DNA of 64,000 nt from Owenia fusiformis (lineage: Eukaryota): positions 42,966,001-43,030,000 of the forward strand of contig CAIIXF020000001.1 of NCBI GenBank assembly GCA_903813345.2. The letters are read 5' to 3'. Both the position numbers and the translations under genes were made by a program. Positions 13,210 through 26,695 of the stretch are shown in pieces (the stretch's first letter is position 1; each line of letters opens with the position of its first letter). The notes beneath the pieces are model-generated. The model did not search any database. It saw only the letters and a program-made list of their open reading frames with translations, and had not been told where the DNA came from.

Positions 13210-13703
13210 TACATGGTACACAAGTGCTGGTTTTGTACATGGTGCACAAGTGCTGGTTTCATACATGGTACACAAGTGCTGATTTTGTACATGGTACACA
13301 AGTGCTGGTTTCATACATGGTACACAAGTGCTGGTTTTGTACATGGTACACAAGTGATGGTTTTGTACATGGTACACAAGTTCTGGTTTCATACATGGTA
13401 CACAAGTGCTGGTTTTGTACATGGTATACAAGTGCTGGTTTTGTACATGGTACACAAGTGCTGGTTTCATACATGGTATACAAGTGCTGGTTTTGTACAT
13501 GGTACACAAGTGCTGGTTTCATACATGGTACACAAGTGCTGGTTATGTAAATGGTATACAAGTGCTGGTTTTGTACATGGTACACAAGTGCTGGTTTTGT
13601 ACATGGTACACAAGTGCTGGTTTCATACATGGTACACAAGTGCTGGTTATGTAAATGGTATACAAGTGCTGGTTTTGTATGTGGTACACAATGGTACACA
13701 AGT
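13210..13703. repeat. 26-bp minisatellite, ~19 copies
   Basis: tacatggtacacaagtgctggtt(ttg/tca). Confidence 0.95.
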
Positions 13704-14017
13704 TCGAACACAATGTTGTTATGTTATATTCCCCTACCAAAATCTCCATCCAAATAAAGAAATAGAACACAGTCTGGTAGAGAGAAGTCTATCACAAGAA
13801 CTGATGTACTGTACTTTCTCAACATTTATTTGGCAAGTGGGGCAAGTGTAACCTCCTACACAATCAAAATATGTGTCTAGCTACAGTTGGTATCGATCAG
13901 AGAGAAAAACTGTTGTAAAACTTGATGATGAAATGGTTTCCTTTTGAGGAATAATATATGTTAGGTAGTGTATTCAAATATGGGAACAGCTATTGATTAT
14001 GAAGTATACCACCACAC

Positions 14018-14148
14018 CTCTACAGAATATTGCACATCTGAGTCACTATTGTCCTTGATTCTGTTGAATAAATCTTCACAGAGTTGAGGTATGATGCCCT
14101 GTTGTCCTGGCTCATTGCGACCCATCATTGTATAACTCTTTCCAGCAC
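14018..14148 (-). CDS. unc-104: unc-104/KIF1A coding exon 4
   Basis: tttgtag|[44 protein letters not shown]|gtgtgg; completes the P-loop GQTGAGKS; phase 1 to 0. Confidence 0.93.
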
Positions 14149-15240
14149 CTACAAACAATAGAAATATAATTTCACACCATAGGCTTTAAGACAAGGTGAC
14201 ATGGTTTATCAAGAAGGTAACATGATTTATGAAGGAATTAATATGGTTTATCATGATTGAAGGTCATGGTAACGAGATTGTTACATAATTTTATATACTA
14301 AATCACAGGTTTTGCAAACCTATATTTCAAAAAGTAATTATGAAATTGCATGTTCGAGATGGGTAAAATATCAATTATTTGCCATTTTTATTCAAAAGTA
14401 ATTTCCTAAAATAGAGGAGTGCAAAAGTTCACTTTGATTTTGCCAAGAAAAAAATGACATTCTGTTGCGCTATTTAAAGAAAACAGCATGACATTACTGT
14501 GGAGTGTTGCCAGGTGATGGGTTAGAAATAGAATAGAATCAAATGATAGTTTATCACCTTTATTTGCTAATTGATAAATACCGTTGGAGTTGTTCGTGAC
14601 AATCATGATTCAAAAATATTCATTTTCAATTTTTAATTATTACTTTATCAGTTAAACTTTACAGCAAAATCTAGGGTGATAAATACTTCAGTCATGTAAA
14701 CTCAGGTTAAATCATGCTGCTTTCTATCATCACCAACACTAGTCGTAAAATATTAAAACGTTTACAGTGAACATTATATCCCATATTAGAAGAGGAAATG
14801 GCTTAGGCCCCAAGATATGCTAAACCAACATACTGAATCACCTTATTATGGAATTCTACTAGGATTAAGATACATCATCGTATCATGTCTTCTTTGACAC
14901 TAACAGCCATAAACCATCATAGACTCTCATAAAGAGGTCAAATATCTTTGTATAGTTTGATGGATATAAATCCCATCTGGAAATTTGATACTCAGGTAAG
15001 TTTGAAATATTTTCAGGTCATGTTATCATTTACCTATCATAAGTAAACATAAATGTTAACGTTATATCTTTCTAAAATTTATGACATCATCCCATTCAGC
15101 CAATCCAGTTACTCTCGCTAGATGGTAATGATACACAGAGGTAGTGTCACCAAACCCTCATACAACCTAATACAATTATCTCAAATATTAGAAAAAATTG
15201 ATTCAATAAATCTTGCAATATTTAAGAACAAAATACTGAC

Positions 15241-15355
15241 CTGTCTGTCCATATGCAAATATACAGACATTGTACCCCTCAAAAGCATGCTCCAACATCT
15301 CAATTCCAATGTCTTCATATACCTTTCTTTGGGACGCAAAATTTGGATCATTTGG
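15241..15355 (-). CDS. unc-104: unc-104/KIF1A coding exon 3
   Basis: ttttcag|[38 protein letters not shown]|gtcagt; first half of the P-loop; phase 0 to 1. Confidence 0.93.
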
Positions 15356-17673
15356 CTGAAAAACAAAAAAAAAATTCAAAGTAAAATTGTATTGTGAGCA
15401 GCCCAATTCTAAATAACCCAGTCTAAATAAATAATTCGAGGTGAACAGTTTATTCAGTCGACCTCTTGTTTTCCTAATAAATGCACAAAAGGCTTAACAA
15501 ACAAAATGAATCACACTTGTGGTATCTAAATAATGCCTGAATCAATTGCAAACCTCTCAATCCATTCCTACAGATTTTTCTCAATTACATGTATGTAAAA
15601 CCGTGTATATTGATCATGTTTTGGCCAAGAAAAAACATTCAGTGTTGGTATGTGTTCACTACACAGTAGAGTATGTGCGGGGTGAGGTGTTCACTGTTAA
15701 CTGTACATCTACTCAGTATCAAACCTCATACATCTGTATGGACTTGGGACAATTGTATCTTTAAATGCACAAAGATGTATTATGGTTCTGTTAACATGCC
15801 ATCATTGGATAGTGAGTTAGTGACATGTATGCTTGTTAACAGAAGTGGCACAAACCACATGTAGCCATTGGTTGTGACATTTCTTTACATTCTACCACAT
15901 ATTGATGCATATGTATTGCATGAAAACTGCTTCAACCAAGAAAAATTGTTCATACTGAGACTGGTCCAAAGAGAGATTCTGCTAACAATCCAGTAAATGG
16001 AACTGCGAAAACACAACTCAAAATGTTCACATCAAGTTTTACTGATTGTACTTCAGACATGAAACGAGTGACTTGGGGAATAGCAGACAATTGATTTTAC
16101 TTCTTATATGAGCAATGTTGGATTAACCTTTCAGACTGTGTATTACCTGACGTCATCATGTCAGCTCCGAGACATGTAAACAGGATAGCCCAGGTTTAGG
16201 TTATCACGCCAGCTGATATAATCACGAAATAATACACAATGTGAGAAAAAATGTAATTAAATCAAAAAAATGTTTAGGTGAATGATGCGCAGTATGAAGA
16301 AAGTTTAAGAAATCACGAAAAAAACTACACTGCATGAATTGTGGGAACTTGTGATGTATATATCACAGAATTCAATAGCCCTATCACTCCATGTACATGT
16401 GAATCACATTGTAGTACAAAATGACCCTGTAAAACTGTACATGGTACACAAAAAATTGTAAATTTTGAAATAAAATACAAACTATTTCGACAGTTTCTCT
16501 CACAAGTGGATTCCACTTCATTTACCAGAAATGATCTAATATATAATGGCATAACTCAGATCTAAAAGATCAGAATTATTAAGCATCTCGGCTCATCAAT
16601 TTCCATTGAAAATAATTCAGGATAACGTCAAAGCAAGTCAGTGTAAATGTCAAATGGTCATAAGAATTAATCGAGCGGGGATTCGTGTAAGTTAGATGAG
16701 CAAGTTTTCATGATTCAAAGTCATTCTTCATCACCAGGTCAGCATTTTCTCTACTTATCATAAGAGTAGGGTTTCTCTCCAATTTTTCCAACTTTCAATT
16801 TTAGGTCTACTCTTAACAGGTCTAATTAAGGTCTACTCTAACAGGTCTATTTTAGGTCTACTCAGCGAGTTTTCACCACTACTTCAGGTCTACTCAACGA
16901 GTCTTCAACACTACTTGAGGTCTACTCAGCGAGTCTTCGTCACATCTACCCTTGGTCTATATTGATCACTGTTACAGCTGACCAAAGGCTACAGTATGGA
17001 TCATTAAACACCAAACACCCTCAGGTTTTCTAGATCAATAAGACAGACCATCTGAACAGACACTGTATATATATATACTGTACAACCTACACTACTTCAA
17101 ATGTAATCTCTTACATGGAATCAATTAGCTGGCGTATATATCTCGAAGATAACGACAAACTCTAAACAAATACTGTTGAGGTATTTGACAAGTAATAGCA
17201 ATTACCGACAGGATCAATATATTCTCTCCGTAAAGAATGAGAGCTTGATCAAGTCCCACACAAAAAACTCATCGATTTTTTCTCATGAAGTAAATGATAC
17301 AACCGGTTGATTTCGTAAATTCCACGAGTCTATAATGAGTATAATGACTTTATGAGATGGGATCAGAAAAAGGGAAATGAATCTTGCCAGATCAGGTTGT
17401 TTGCCAAATCGATTTAATAGAAGTGTTATTATGTAGAGTAAATTATGATGAACATAATTATTTTAACATATATGGGATGTAATAGATGTTATTGTTTAGA
17501 TTTTGTAAATGGGAATGCTGACACAATAATGTGCATGATAGAAAATAAGTCTTATTCCTTGAAAAGGGGATTTATCTGGACATTTATTCTTTATTGGGAA
17601 TCCACCTATTGAAATATTTATATCTAATCCCCGTTCACAATGCCAATGCAAGACACTTGATAGGTAAGTCTCT

Positions 17674-18205
17674 CACAGGCTGGTATCGAAACATTTGTCC
17701 GCTGTGACTGAGCATGTTATTTTTCATAAAAACACTAAGAATACTTAATCTATTAATCTGAAAACATAGGAATAGGATCAAATCATATGCTAAGGGCTGA
17801 TGTGGAAAAATCACTCTACCCTAGTGGGAATCGAACCCACAACCTCCCGATTACATGTCAGGTGCTCTGAAAATTACTTACTCCATGCAATGGATACATC
17901 ATTTGCGGGTAACTTTCACTTCTGTTTGAAGTCCCATTACACTAGGAGGAAAAGCTATTGAAAATGGTGCCGGAGTATAATACTCCAAAATGTACCATTT
18001 CTTTTTTAACTTTTTAATGGCACGGTACAGTGACATGATATTATTTACATATGTTTTCAGCATAACTCTGAAGGTATTAATGAGATATTGATGTATTGGG
18101 CCTTTTTAATTTTTGCATTAAAATAATGTATAATTTTTTTGTCTTCTGTGACGGAGCAGTTGCAAATGTGAGCCTACAGCTCCGTCACAGTTGACAAAAA
18201 AATTG
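17674..18205 (+). mobile_element. Partial copy of the CACAGGC element (one arm), interrupted by a tRNA-derived fragment
   Basis: Starts cacaggctggtatcgaaa and aligns by eye with 24752-25160. Confidence 0.72.
17812..17868 (-). mobile_element. tRNA-derived SINE head fragment
   Basis: Minus strand agagcacctgacatgtaatcgggaggttgtgggttcgattcccactaggg: anticodon-like stem-loop plus B-box GGTTCGATTCC, 5' part missing. Confidence 0.55.
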
Positions 18206-19144
18206 ATATATGAAACGTTAAAAATTTTTAGTTTGCCTCATTCTCATTCCTCCTCTTAGCACACTCAGTGAGTGATGCCGGAAATTGCCAGATATCATAA
18301 AAGTTATTGCAGAAGATGTTATTTTTGAAAGTATACCTTATATACATACAACAAAAAAATTGAGAATAATAAGAGATTCATATTCCTCACTTATATGATT
18401 TGTAAGTGAGATTCTTTGCCAGCAGCTGCTAAGGAATATTTATTGTCCAGTCAGGGTTCCCAAATTGATTTTCTGGAAAGTGTAACATTAGGAATATTGA
18501 TTCTTGTTTGGTGATTCACGTATGGTTATACATCACTATAATTCAGTTAGACCCTTGATTTATATGATTTAATATACCATGCAATATTCATCAAACAACA
18601 ATTCACCTGAATGAAACTTTGAAATAAATGACCCATTCCTTAACAACATACCAAAGAATTTTGCTCAATTTCAAGAAGTATCTCTTAAAACATACCACCA
18701 GATGTTGAAAATGGATCTAAACAGAATTGACAACATTTTTCAAACAACAGACATTTTGCCTAGAAACACCAAACATCAAAACCCTCATACTTTTTGAGTG
18801 ATGAGTACTGTGATGAGTATCAGAATGCATAAAAGTTGAATGCTTGAAAGACAATGAGAGGAACAGGGCAAGAACCTTAATCTATAATGACATGTAATTA
18901 TATGCTTTCTCAAATCATTTCTCTTTAAAATCCAAACGAAAACCTGACTTCTGGACATTTATAAAGCTAACAGCTGATTTATTCTAAATAAAGACACAGA
19001 TTAAAATTCATCAATATTTTGTTGACTCTGTATCATATTTTGTAACTCATAACTTGAATCAGATAATGATGCTTCGGCGTGGGTCCAGTACCTATTGTTT
19101 TATTTATTTAATTTGAAATAAAGAAAAATATATACTTTACTTAC

Positions 19145-19224
19145 TGTTGTATGGGACCAGTAAGAGTAGTCAAAGTTAAAGCTCTTTGGACCATCATCTC
19201 GAACATCTTTGGGATTCGCTATCG
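19145..19224 (-). CDS. unc-104: unc-104/KIF1A coding exon 2
   Basis: tgttgcag|...|gtaagt; encodes SIANPKDVRDDGPKSFNFDYSYWSHTT (KIF1 FDYSYWSH motif); phase 1 to 0. Confidence 0.93.
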
Positions 19225-20661
19225 CTGCAACAGAAACAAATACATATAAACACATATAAATATATATAACAAATTATTAAAACAACCAATCACTATTGTG
19301 AGAAATATATTTTCAGATGGTCAATGATCAGAATATTTAGTTAAAGATATTCTTTCAAAAGCCAGTTGAACAAAAAGTATCTACTGTATATTATCGCTAG
19401 TATCACTTTATTACCAAGAACATTAGTGAGGAGATATAATTAAAAAAAATAATTAAAAAGATCAGGATCTCAATTAGAATTGACCAGAAAGTTATAAAGG
19501 TTTTAATAATTATTAAAATACCATTCACTGAAGAAAATTTAAATGAGTCCAAAGGTGGAAAGTGCCAGCAATATATTCAATATCAGATATATGTTCAGAC
19601 ATATTTATCAATCAAAATGACATAGAGAAATTTTGGAGAAACCTGGTCTACAAGGTGGCTATCTACAAGTGCAATTCATAAACTTGAATCACAAAGCAGA
19701 TGGTATTTGAATTATTGGAAATCATTTGGTTGATTTACAGAAGCAGGAAATAAAACACCCATAATCACAGCCTCCCCCTCAATAACACAGCGCATAATAC
19801 ACAGACATGCCACTGTATTGATATTCTGCAAGTGAAATTGGGTCTTTCGTAATCCAATTTCATCTGAAAAGAAGATTCACAGAGCCCATTTAACATCAGC
19901 GTAATTCTGATAAGTATTGTACTAAATAATGGCAAGCTTCATTATGGTTGCCATAGCAATCCCTTATTCGAAAATTCTGAAAAAATTATGCAATTCTAAA
20001 ACATTGTAGGCCCACTAGTATCGAGATAAATTGTTTTAATCTGAGAAAGAATTCAGAATGTACAAATACTTAACAAAGCATATCTAGTGCAAGAATTCAG
20101 ACATACTCTGAAATACAGACCTCAACCTCAAATATATTCTCATCCTCTAAATAAATAAATTTTACACCCATACCCAGAGTAGTTCAAGTGTTTCTGCCCT
20201 TTGAGTAACTTGGGTGTCAGGCATTCAAAAATAGACTCGAACCTAATAGTCTAGGAAACCTCAAACTAAGTCATCTATTTTGTCATATAAATCTTATCGG
20301 TTCAATGACGTAATTCAGAAAAAAAATTCTCTGAAGATTTACGAGTAATCGTAAAGAAAAATTTAAATTGAAAAGGCTCACAGATTGGGATTTCAAGAAT
20401 TCTCAGAAGAACATAAATACGACGCCATTTATATGACACTGGTACTTGAACTTGAATTGCAAGTATTTCTTCGCAAATAGAGTACATCGAACACCTGATT
20501 CATCTAGAAGTTGCGACAATAATCGAGCAAAGACATTGGAACAATAATAGAGGAAATAACATCCTACATAACACTCCCCCTAGTGAATCAAATCTCAAGA
20601 GAATAAGAGAATAAAAGAATTGTTAATCAGGCCTCCGCTGAGACCTCCAATGGCAAGTACT

Positions 20662-21572
20662 AACCAGAACAACGGCAACGCCAAAGCGTAGCGAATCCCA
20701 TCGAACAGCCATGGATGGCATTTTTACAAACAAAGTATATAGCAAAAATGGCAGGCATTTTTCAAAATGGCCGCCTTCTACCAGTTGTGTCATTAGACCA
20801 TTTGCCATACTTATAGTATTCACATACCAAATATGAACACAATCGCTCCACTACTTTTCGAGTTATAGTAAAATACGTTAAAATGGCGGCCATTTTGAAA
20901 AATGGCCGCCTTTTACCAAAAGTGTCATTAGACAGTGTGCCATGCTTACAGTATTCACATACCAAATATGAACAAAATCGCTTCACTACTTTTCGAATTA
21001 TAGTAAAATACGTTAAAATGGCGGCCATTTTGAAAAATGGCCACCTTCTACCAAAAGTGTCATTAGACAGTGTGCCATCCTTATATTATTCACATACCAA
21101 ATATGAACAAAATCGCTCCACTACTTTTCGAGTTACAGCAAAAATCGTAAAATAACGAGTAAAGGCCGCCATTTTTCAAGATGGCTGCCATGTGCTTCTT
21201 TAATATCTACATTTCTAGCTTTATTAATGTCCTATATAATTTTTTTACATCTAAAACATATTGCTATTACAGTTTTACATATTGCACCTAAATTAATGTA
21301 AATTCGGCACTAAAATGGCCGCCATTTTGAAATGAGCGGCCATTTTGAAAATCGGCTTTAGAGCAGAACTTCTACCCCCATAGGGTATATGTGTACAAAA
21401 TATGAACAAAATCGGGCCAGCGGTATTTGAGTTATTGCCCGGACGGACGGACGGACGTACGTACGGACGGACGGACGTACGTACAGACGGACGGACGGAC
21501 GTACGTACGTACGGACGGACGGACGGACGGAGGCGTTCCCTATATCCCTCCGAACTTCGTTCGATGGGATAA
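20662..21572 (-). mobile_element. HINE-like element family B, copy 1 (3 internal ~136-bp units)
   Basis: Subterminal IR atcccatcgaac/gttcgatgggat, (ggac/gtac)n microsatellite, aaaatggcggccatttt palindromes. Homologous to the 47918 copy. Confidence 0.78.
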
Positions 21573-21651
21573 TTATTGGTGCAGATTAGATTTCATCATA
21601 GTCTCGTAATCACATTCATTTGTAGGTCACGTTGTTCCCTAATAATGTATG

Positions 21652-21971
21652 TAACTAGACAATAGCAACGCCAAAGCGTAGCAAATCCCATCGAACAGCC
21701 ATGGCTGGCATTTTTACAAACAAAGTATGTAGCAAAAATGGCAGCCATTTTTCAAAATGGCCACCTTATACCAAGTGTCATTGTTTGTTATCGAGTCTGC
21801 AGACTTGTGACTACAAGTCAGTGGGTTAAAGCTTTTTCTACTGGTAACACTCCCCTTCCCTTTTGTCTTTATTGATGTTTGTTGGACAGATGGATGGACA
21901 GACTGACGGATGTACGGAAGGACAGACAGAGGCGTTCCCTATATCCCTCTGAACTTCGTTCAATGGGATAA
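21652..21971 (-). mobile_element. HINE-like family B, internally deleted copy
   Basis: Retains both ends (gcaacgccaaagcgtagc.aatcccatcgaac; gaggcgttccctatatccctc.gaacttcgttc.atgggataa). Confidence 0.7.
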
Positions 21972-23260
21972 CAAAAGTATATGATCTTGAATTAAAATAA
22001 TAAAAATAGATCTGCTATTTCCATTTATTGTGTGGGTTGTAATCCTGGAGGTGTTGTTTTGTGAATGTCAAATGGTATAACTTTTAACCTCAAATTTTTA
22101 TATTTTATGGTTGGCACAAGCGATAGAAGAAACTGGCAATTTTTGTAAAATAGGATCTCATCCTTACTAGAAATCAGGGAGCCTACATCTGAGCTTGAGT
22201 ATAAAATGCATCTATTTCTTGTCAAATTGCATGTATGCACGATTCACCAGTTTTTGAGCTATTCTTATGATTGGCAAATAATTATTGACTTTTAATTACT
22301 ACTGAAGTACTGTACCTCACTTTATGATGAGAACTCCCACAACTGGCCAATATGGATATTGCATGATTGCAATCTTAGAATAGGTACATATAAATGTCAA
22401 GCCTGTTATTTCAATGGTAGATTCGGCAATGAGCAAATCTGAACTCTAAATTGAATAGAAAATATCAGGTAATTCATTCAAAATTGACATAAACTGAAAT
22501 CAATTGAGCTCAGAAAGTTAATAATATCGGCATGTCGCCCAACATAGGCTACTTGTATTGATTGACCATTAGTGTAATATCAGAATTCATACATAAGTTA
22601 TGGTGCCATATCGGAAATATTCACTCAAAGAGCTTCCGCAGACCAAACAGCCTCAGGATGATATATTATACATCATCAATATATATAAACATATTGAATA
22701 ATGAATTAATTCAGTTCGATTCCAGACTCATACATATCGGAAATATCTTGACTTGCATGTCGTCTTTGGTTTCATTACTAAGTATCTATTTTCCCATTCT
22801 CTTGTGTTTGGGAAGGATATTGTAGAGGTATGCAAAATTAGGATATCACACAATCAAAAGACCTCATACTTGAATATCTTAGTGAGCATTTTGAATGCAA
22901 CTGCCAGCTGTCGGTTTGATTGCAATTTTATGGCCAACTTGTTTAAATATGAAGAGTGAATCCTGATAGCTGCTAGCTAACGAGTCAAACCCAATTAGTG
23001 ACCTTTATAACAGTTTAATCTGCCTATTTAAGCATCAACTAACACCAACTTACGATCCATTTGCTAATTCAACAAAGCAGCTTCATTATAATAATTTATT
23101 ACAAGCCTCTGTGCCTCTCCCCCCCTCCTCTACTGGACTAAACACCTTCTCACATCTTGTTGTGCAAGGGTTTGTAGCTAGACTAAATGGATAGTTTCAG
23201 TGGCATAAAAATGTGATCAGTGATCACTCTTAGTTGACTGATGGTTGGATCATTATTTCT

Positions 23261-23880
23261 AAAGGAGGAGGGAAAGTATCGCAACAGATTTCTGACACTC
23301 ATATGTTAGACATTTGAGACAGGGAAGAAGCAAACAACCCACCCATGTTTTTTCTGAAATGTTGTTCTGATTTTCAACCCCTTTCACCCCTGCTTTTTTG
23401 AGTTTTGTTGCCTCAATATGTTGCGTTTTAAGACACTGTTAACCCCATAAAAGGAATAAGTAATTCCTCCAGGGGTTTTAAAGATATCCATTATGGGTGA
23501 CCAAATTAAGCTGAAAGCAATGGATTGCATGAGTTTCCCTATGGGAAAATAACATGGGAAATATTGCTTTCCACTTTATTCAAGAGGAATCGCTTATTCC
23601 TTTTAAGGGGTTAACTGTATCTTAAAATGCAACGTATTGATGCAACAAAAATTGAAAAAGTAGGGGTGGAAGGGGTTGAAAATCAGGACATTTCAGAAAA
23701 AAAACATGTGGGTGGGTTGTTTGCATCTTCCCTGTCTCGAAGTCAAAATCATTTTATCATCTCAGTGCTTTCCCTGGAGATAATACATTTGCCTATGCAC
23801 CTGTTTAAATCCTAAGAAAATAACCAAAATCCAACATATGACTGTCTGAAATCTCTTGCGATACTTTCCGTCCTCCTTTA
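23261..23880. mobile_element. Fold-back MITE
   Basis: Termini taaaggagg...cctccttta; inner arms ~23311-23469 and ~23584-23741 are imperfect reverse complements. Confidence 0.75.
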
Positions 23881-24751
23881 TGCAGATTACCTATCAATTA
23901 GAGGTCAAGGTGTCAACCGGCAGTTGCGCTCACGAATACTACCTTAGTTTTTTTATCCCAAGATACTTCAGATTCAGAGTAATGAATTACTTGAGATTAT
24001 CATAACTCCGCCCAGAATGACTGATAATCAGGTGGACACACTATATTCTTTAACACTACCAATCTTCGCATGCTTCACTGCCACGTGAGCCAAATGAACA
24101 CAGGTGATCATTACAGTACCTACATTCTGCCTACTGAACAATATGGGACCTATTCCCACTCTAATTACATAATTGCATTATTAAATATGAAATGTCAGGT
24201 CTTAGATCTAGAAAAACTGAAATCATAGAACTGCTAAGAATGCCATTCTAGGTATACAAGGTGAAATCATATAAACTACACCCATCATATGTTATAAGAG
24301 TACTAGGATATGGCTGTGCTATAATTATATTGAAAATCTAATCTATATGTAATCATCTTTGACAATCTGTCACTTCTGAGCTTATAAATAGTTCATTGAG
24401 CATGTCCTTACAAATTGGATCATGCTTATTAGGAGTTGCTGCTTGATCAAAATGATTTAGATGTTAGAGCAAAGGCATACTAAGTTTGTTCATTTGATCA
24501 TCCAGTTTGCACAGTTATGATTGTGACAGATTGATGAGCCTACCAGCCCAAATATTCCTATATAATCATTTATCTTAGCTTTTTAAAAGATGGCAGTATG
24601 GTGAATTTGAATCGGTTCATGACCCGAACTTATGACGGTAACATGAAGTTGGGATGATGCCACTGAACGGTACAATTCTCTATGGTTAAAGGACAACTGA
24701 AATAGTAATTTAAACTTGAAGGAATCAATTTTATTTAATAATGGATGTATT

Positions 24752-26695
24752 CACAGGCTGGTATCGAAAAAAGTGTCCGCTGTGACGGAGCATGCTATTT
24801 TGCATAGAAATACTAGGAAATCCACACAATTTATTTTTTTACTCATATGTTTTGCTATATCAAAGAAAATTACTGACTCCACGCAATGAATATATCATTT
24901 GCGGGTAACTTTAACTTCTGTTTGAATTCCAACAACGCTAAGAGTAAAAGCTATTGAAAACGGCGTCGGAGTATCATACTCCAAAATGTACCATTTCTTA
25001 TATTTCTTTTTAATGGTACAATATAGCGACACAATAATATTTACATATGTTTTCAGCATAACTCTGAGGGTATTAATGATGTCTTGATGTATTGGGTATT
25101 TTTATTTTTTTTACAAAAAATAATAATCAAATTTTTTGTCCGCTGTGACGGAGCAGTTTCAAATCTGAAATACGTTCAGAATTTAGATTTATCTCTTTAC
25201 AACTACACTTTAGAGGAGCGAGCGTGTCAAATCTCTTTCGTAAAGTATTCTGAAAAATGAAATGTAATAAAAGTGCACAATTCAAATTCTGAGATGTATA
25301 TACGACCACTCTTTAAGCTTCTCTTCTAAATTTGTACTGCAATCCAACTTATGCATGGTAACTCATGAAAATGATAGTCAACTTCATTTCAGTATAGGGT
25401 ATTTGCCTTTCGTAGTGCCTTCTGTAGATCCATCGGCCTGACATGGTCATTTTTTACGGTAATTTGATTATTTGAAGTAAAATGGTTTGCTGAAGATGAA
25501 GATAAATACATATAATGGTATGGACTGTGGATTGTTATCTACCCTCTTTAGTCATTCCAAAAGGTAAGTTGAGTGTATCTTTAAATACGAAAATGCAAAA
25601 TTTGATTTTAAAATTGTTCTTAATTTGAATAAGATGCAACTACAGTAAAACATGTGTACAGTGAACACATACATGTATGGAGCCCAAAAATGTGTTCCCA
25701 GTTTGTAGATGTTCACTCCATATAGAGGCAATTTCATACCAAGGTCAGAGGAATATTTTATAAGAAGAGGTGTTCACTAGAGAAAGATATTCATTGATAC
25801 AGGTTTTACAGTGAAGCACGTTTACCAAGACTTTTTTTAATAATTTTTGTCTATGCAAAACGATGAATTTCATGAATTTCAAATAATTACAAATTAAATC
25901 TGTATTGGGATCATCTTATATATACAGTAATATTATGTGGTAAAAGGTTATACATCTGTCAGAATGCAGGATGTCTGTGCGCTATTTCGAATAAATTCAT
26001 ATTAGCCCTATTTACACTACACGTGACATTCCAAGACGTCTTGGCGAAAACGTATTAGAAATATTATGTTGAGTTTACACCATGTTGATTCATGTTGATT
26101 TCAGTACAAGCCTCCGAAAAATGCTGAGAGTGGTTGTATTTAGTTATATCTCAGATTTACATTACCCCAGATCTCCCAGAGGCTACTTGTCATAATTTAG
26201 GAAAGTGATTTGTGACGTTCTCTCTTCTAAGGGTACTTTTAAAAGATATAATTTGAATCTTAAATTCTTAACGTAGTTCACAGTTAAAACTGCTCCGTCA
26301 CAGCGGACAAAAAATGTAAACATTATTTTTTATAAAAAATATTAAAAATACCCAATACATCAAGATATCATTAATACCTTCAGAGTTATGCTGAAAACAT
26401 ATGTAAATATTATCGTGTCACTATATTGTACCATTAAAAAGAAATAAAAGAAATTGTACATTTTGGAGTATGATACCCCGGCGCCGTTTTCAATAGCTTT
26501 TACTCTTAGCATTCTTGGACTTCAAACAAAAGTTAAAGTTACCCGCAAATGATATACCCATTGCATGGAGTAAGAAATTTTCTTTGGTATAGCGAAACAT
26601 ATGAGTAAAAAAATAAATTGTGTGAGTTTCTTAGTGTTTCTATGCAAAATAGCACACTCCGTCACAGCGGACAAATTTTTCGATACCAGCCTGTG
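24752..26695. mobile_element. Non-autonomous DNA transposon, ~410-bp TIRs, CACAGGC termini, 5-bp TSD (Transib-like)
   Basis: GTATT|CACAGGCTGGTATCGAAAAA...TTTTTCGATACCAGCCTGTG|GTATT; arms ~24752-25160 and ~26287-26695. Confidence 0.82.

Noticed and set aside
13201..13851. Overlapping Cys/His/Trp-rich ORFs on both strands
   Set aside because: Translations of the 26-bp minisatellite.
17812..17868. Functional tRNA gene
   Set aside because: The 5' acceptor stem and most of the A-box are missing and it sits inside a transposon arm; treated as a SINE fragment.
24752..24790. True 12/23 recombination signal sequence at the CACAGGC ends
   Set aside because: The heptamer is only partly RSS-like, the A-tract is not at 12- or 23-bp spacing, and the two ends are symmetric.
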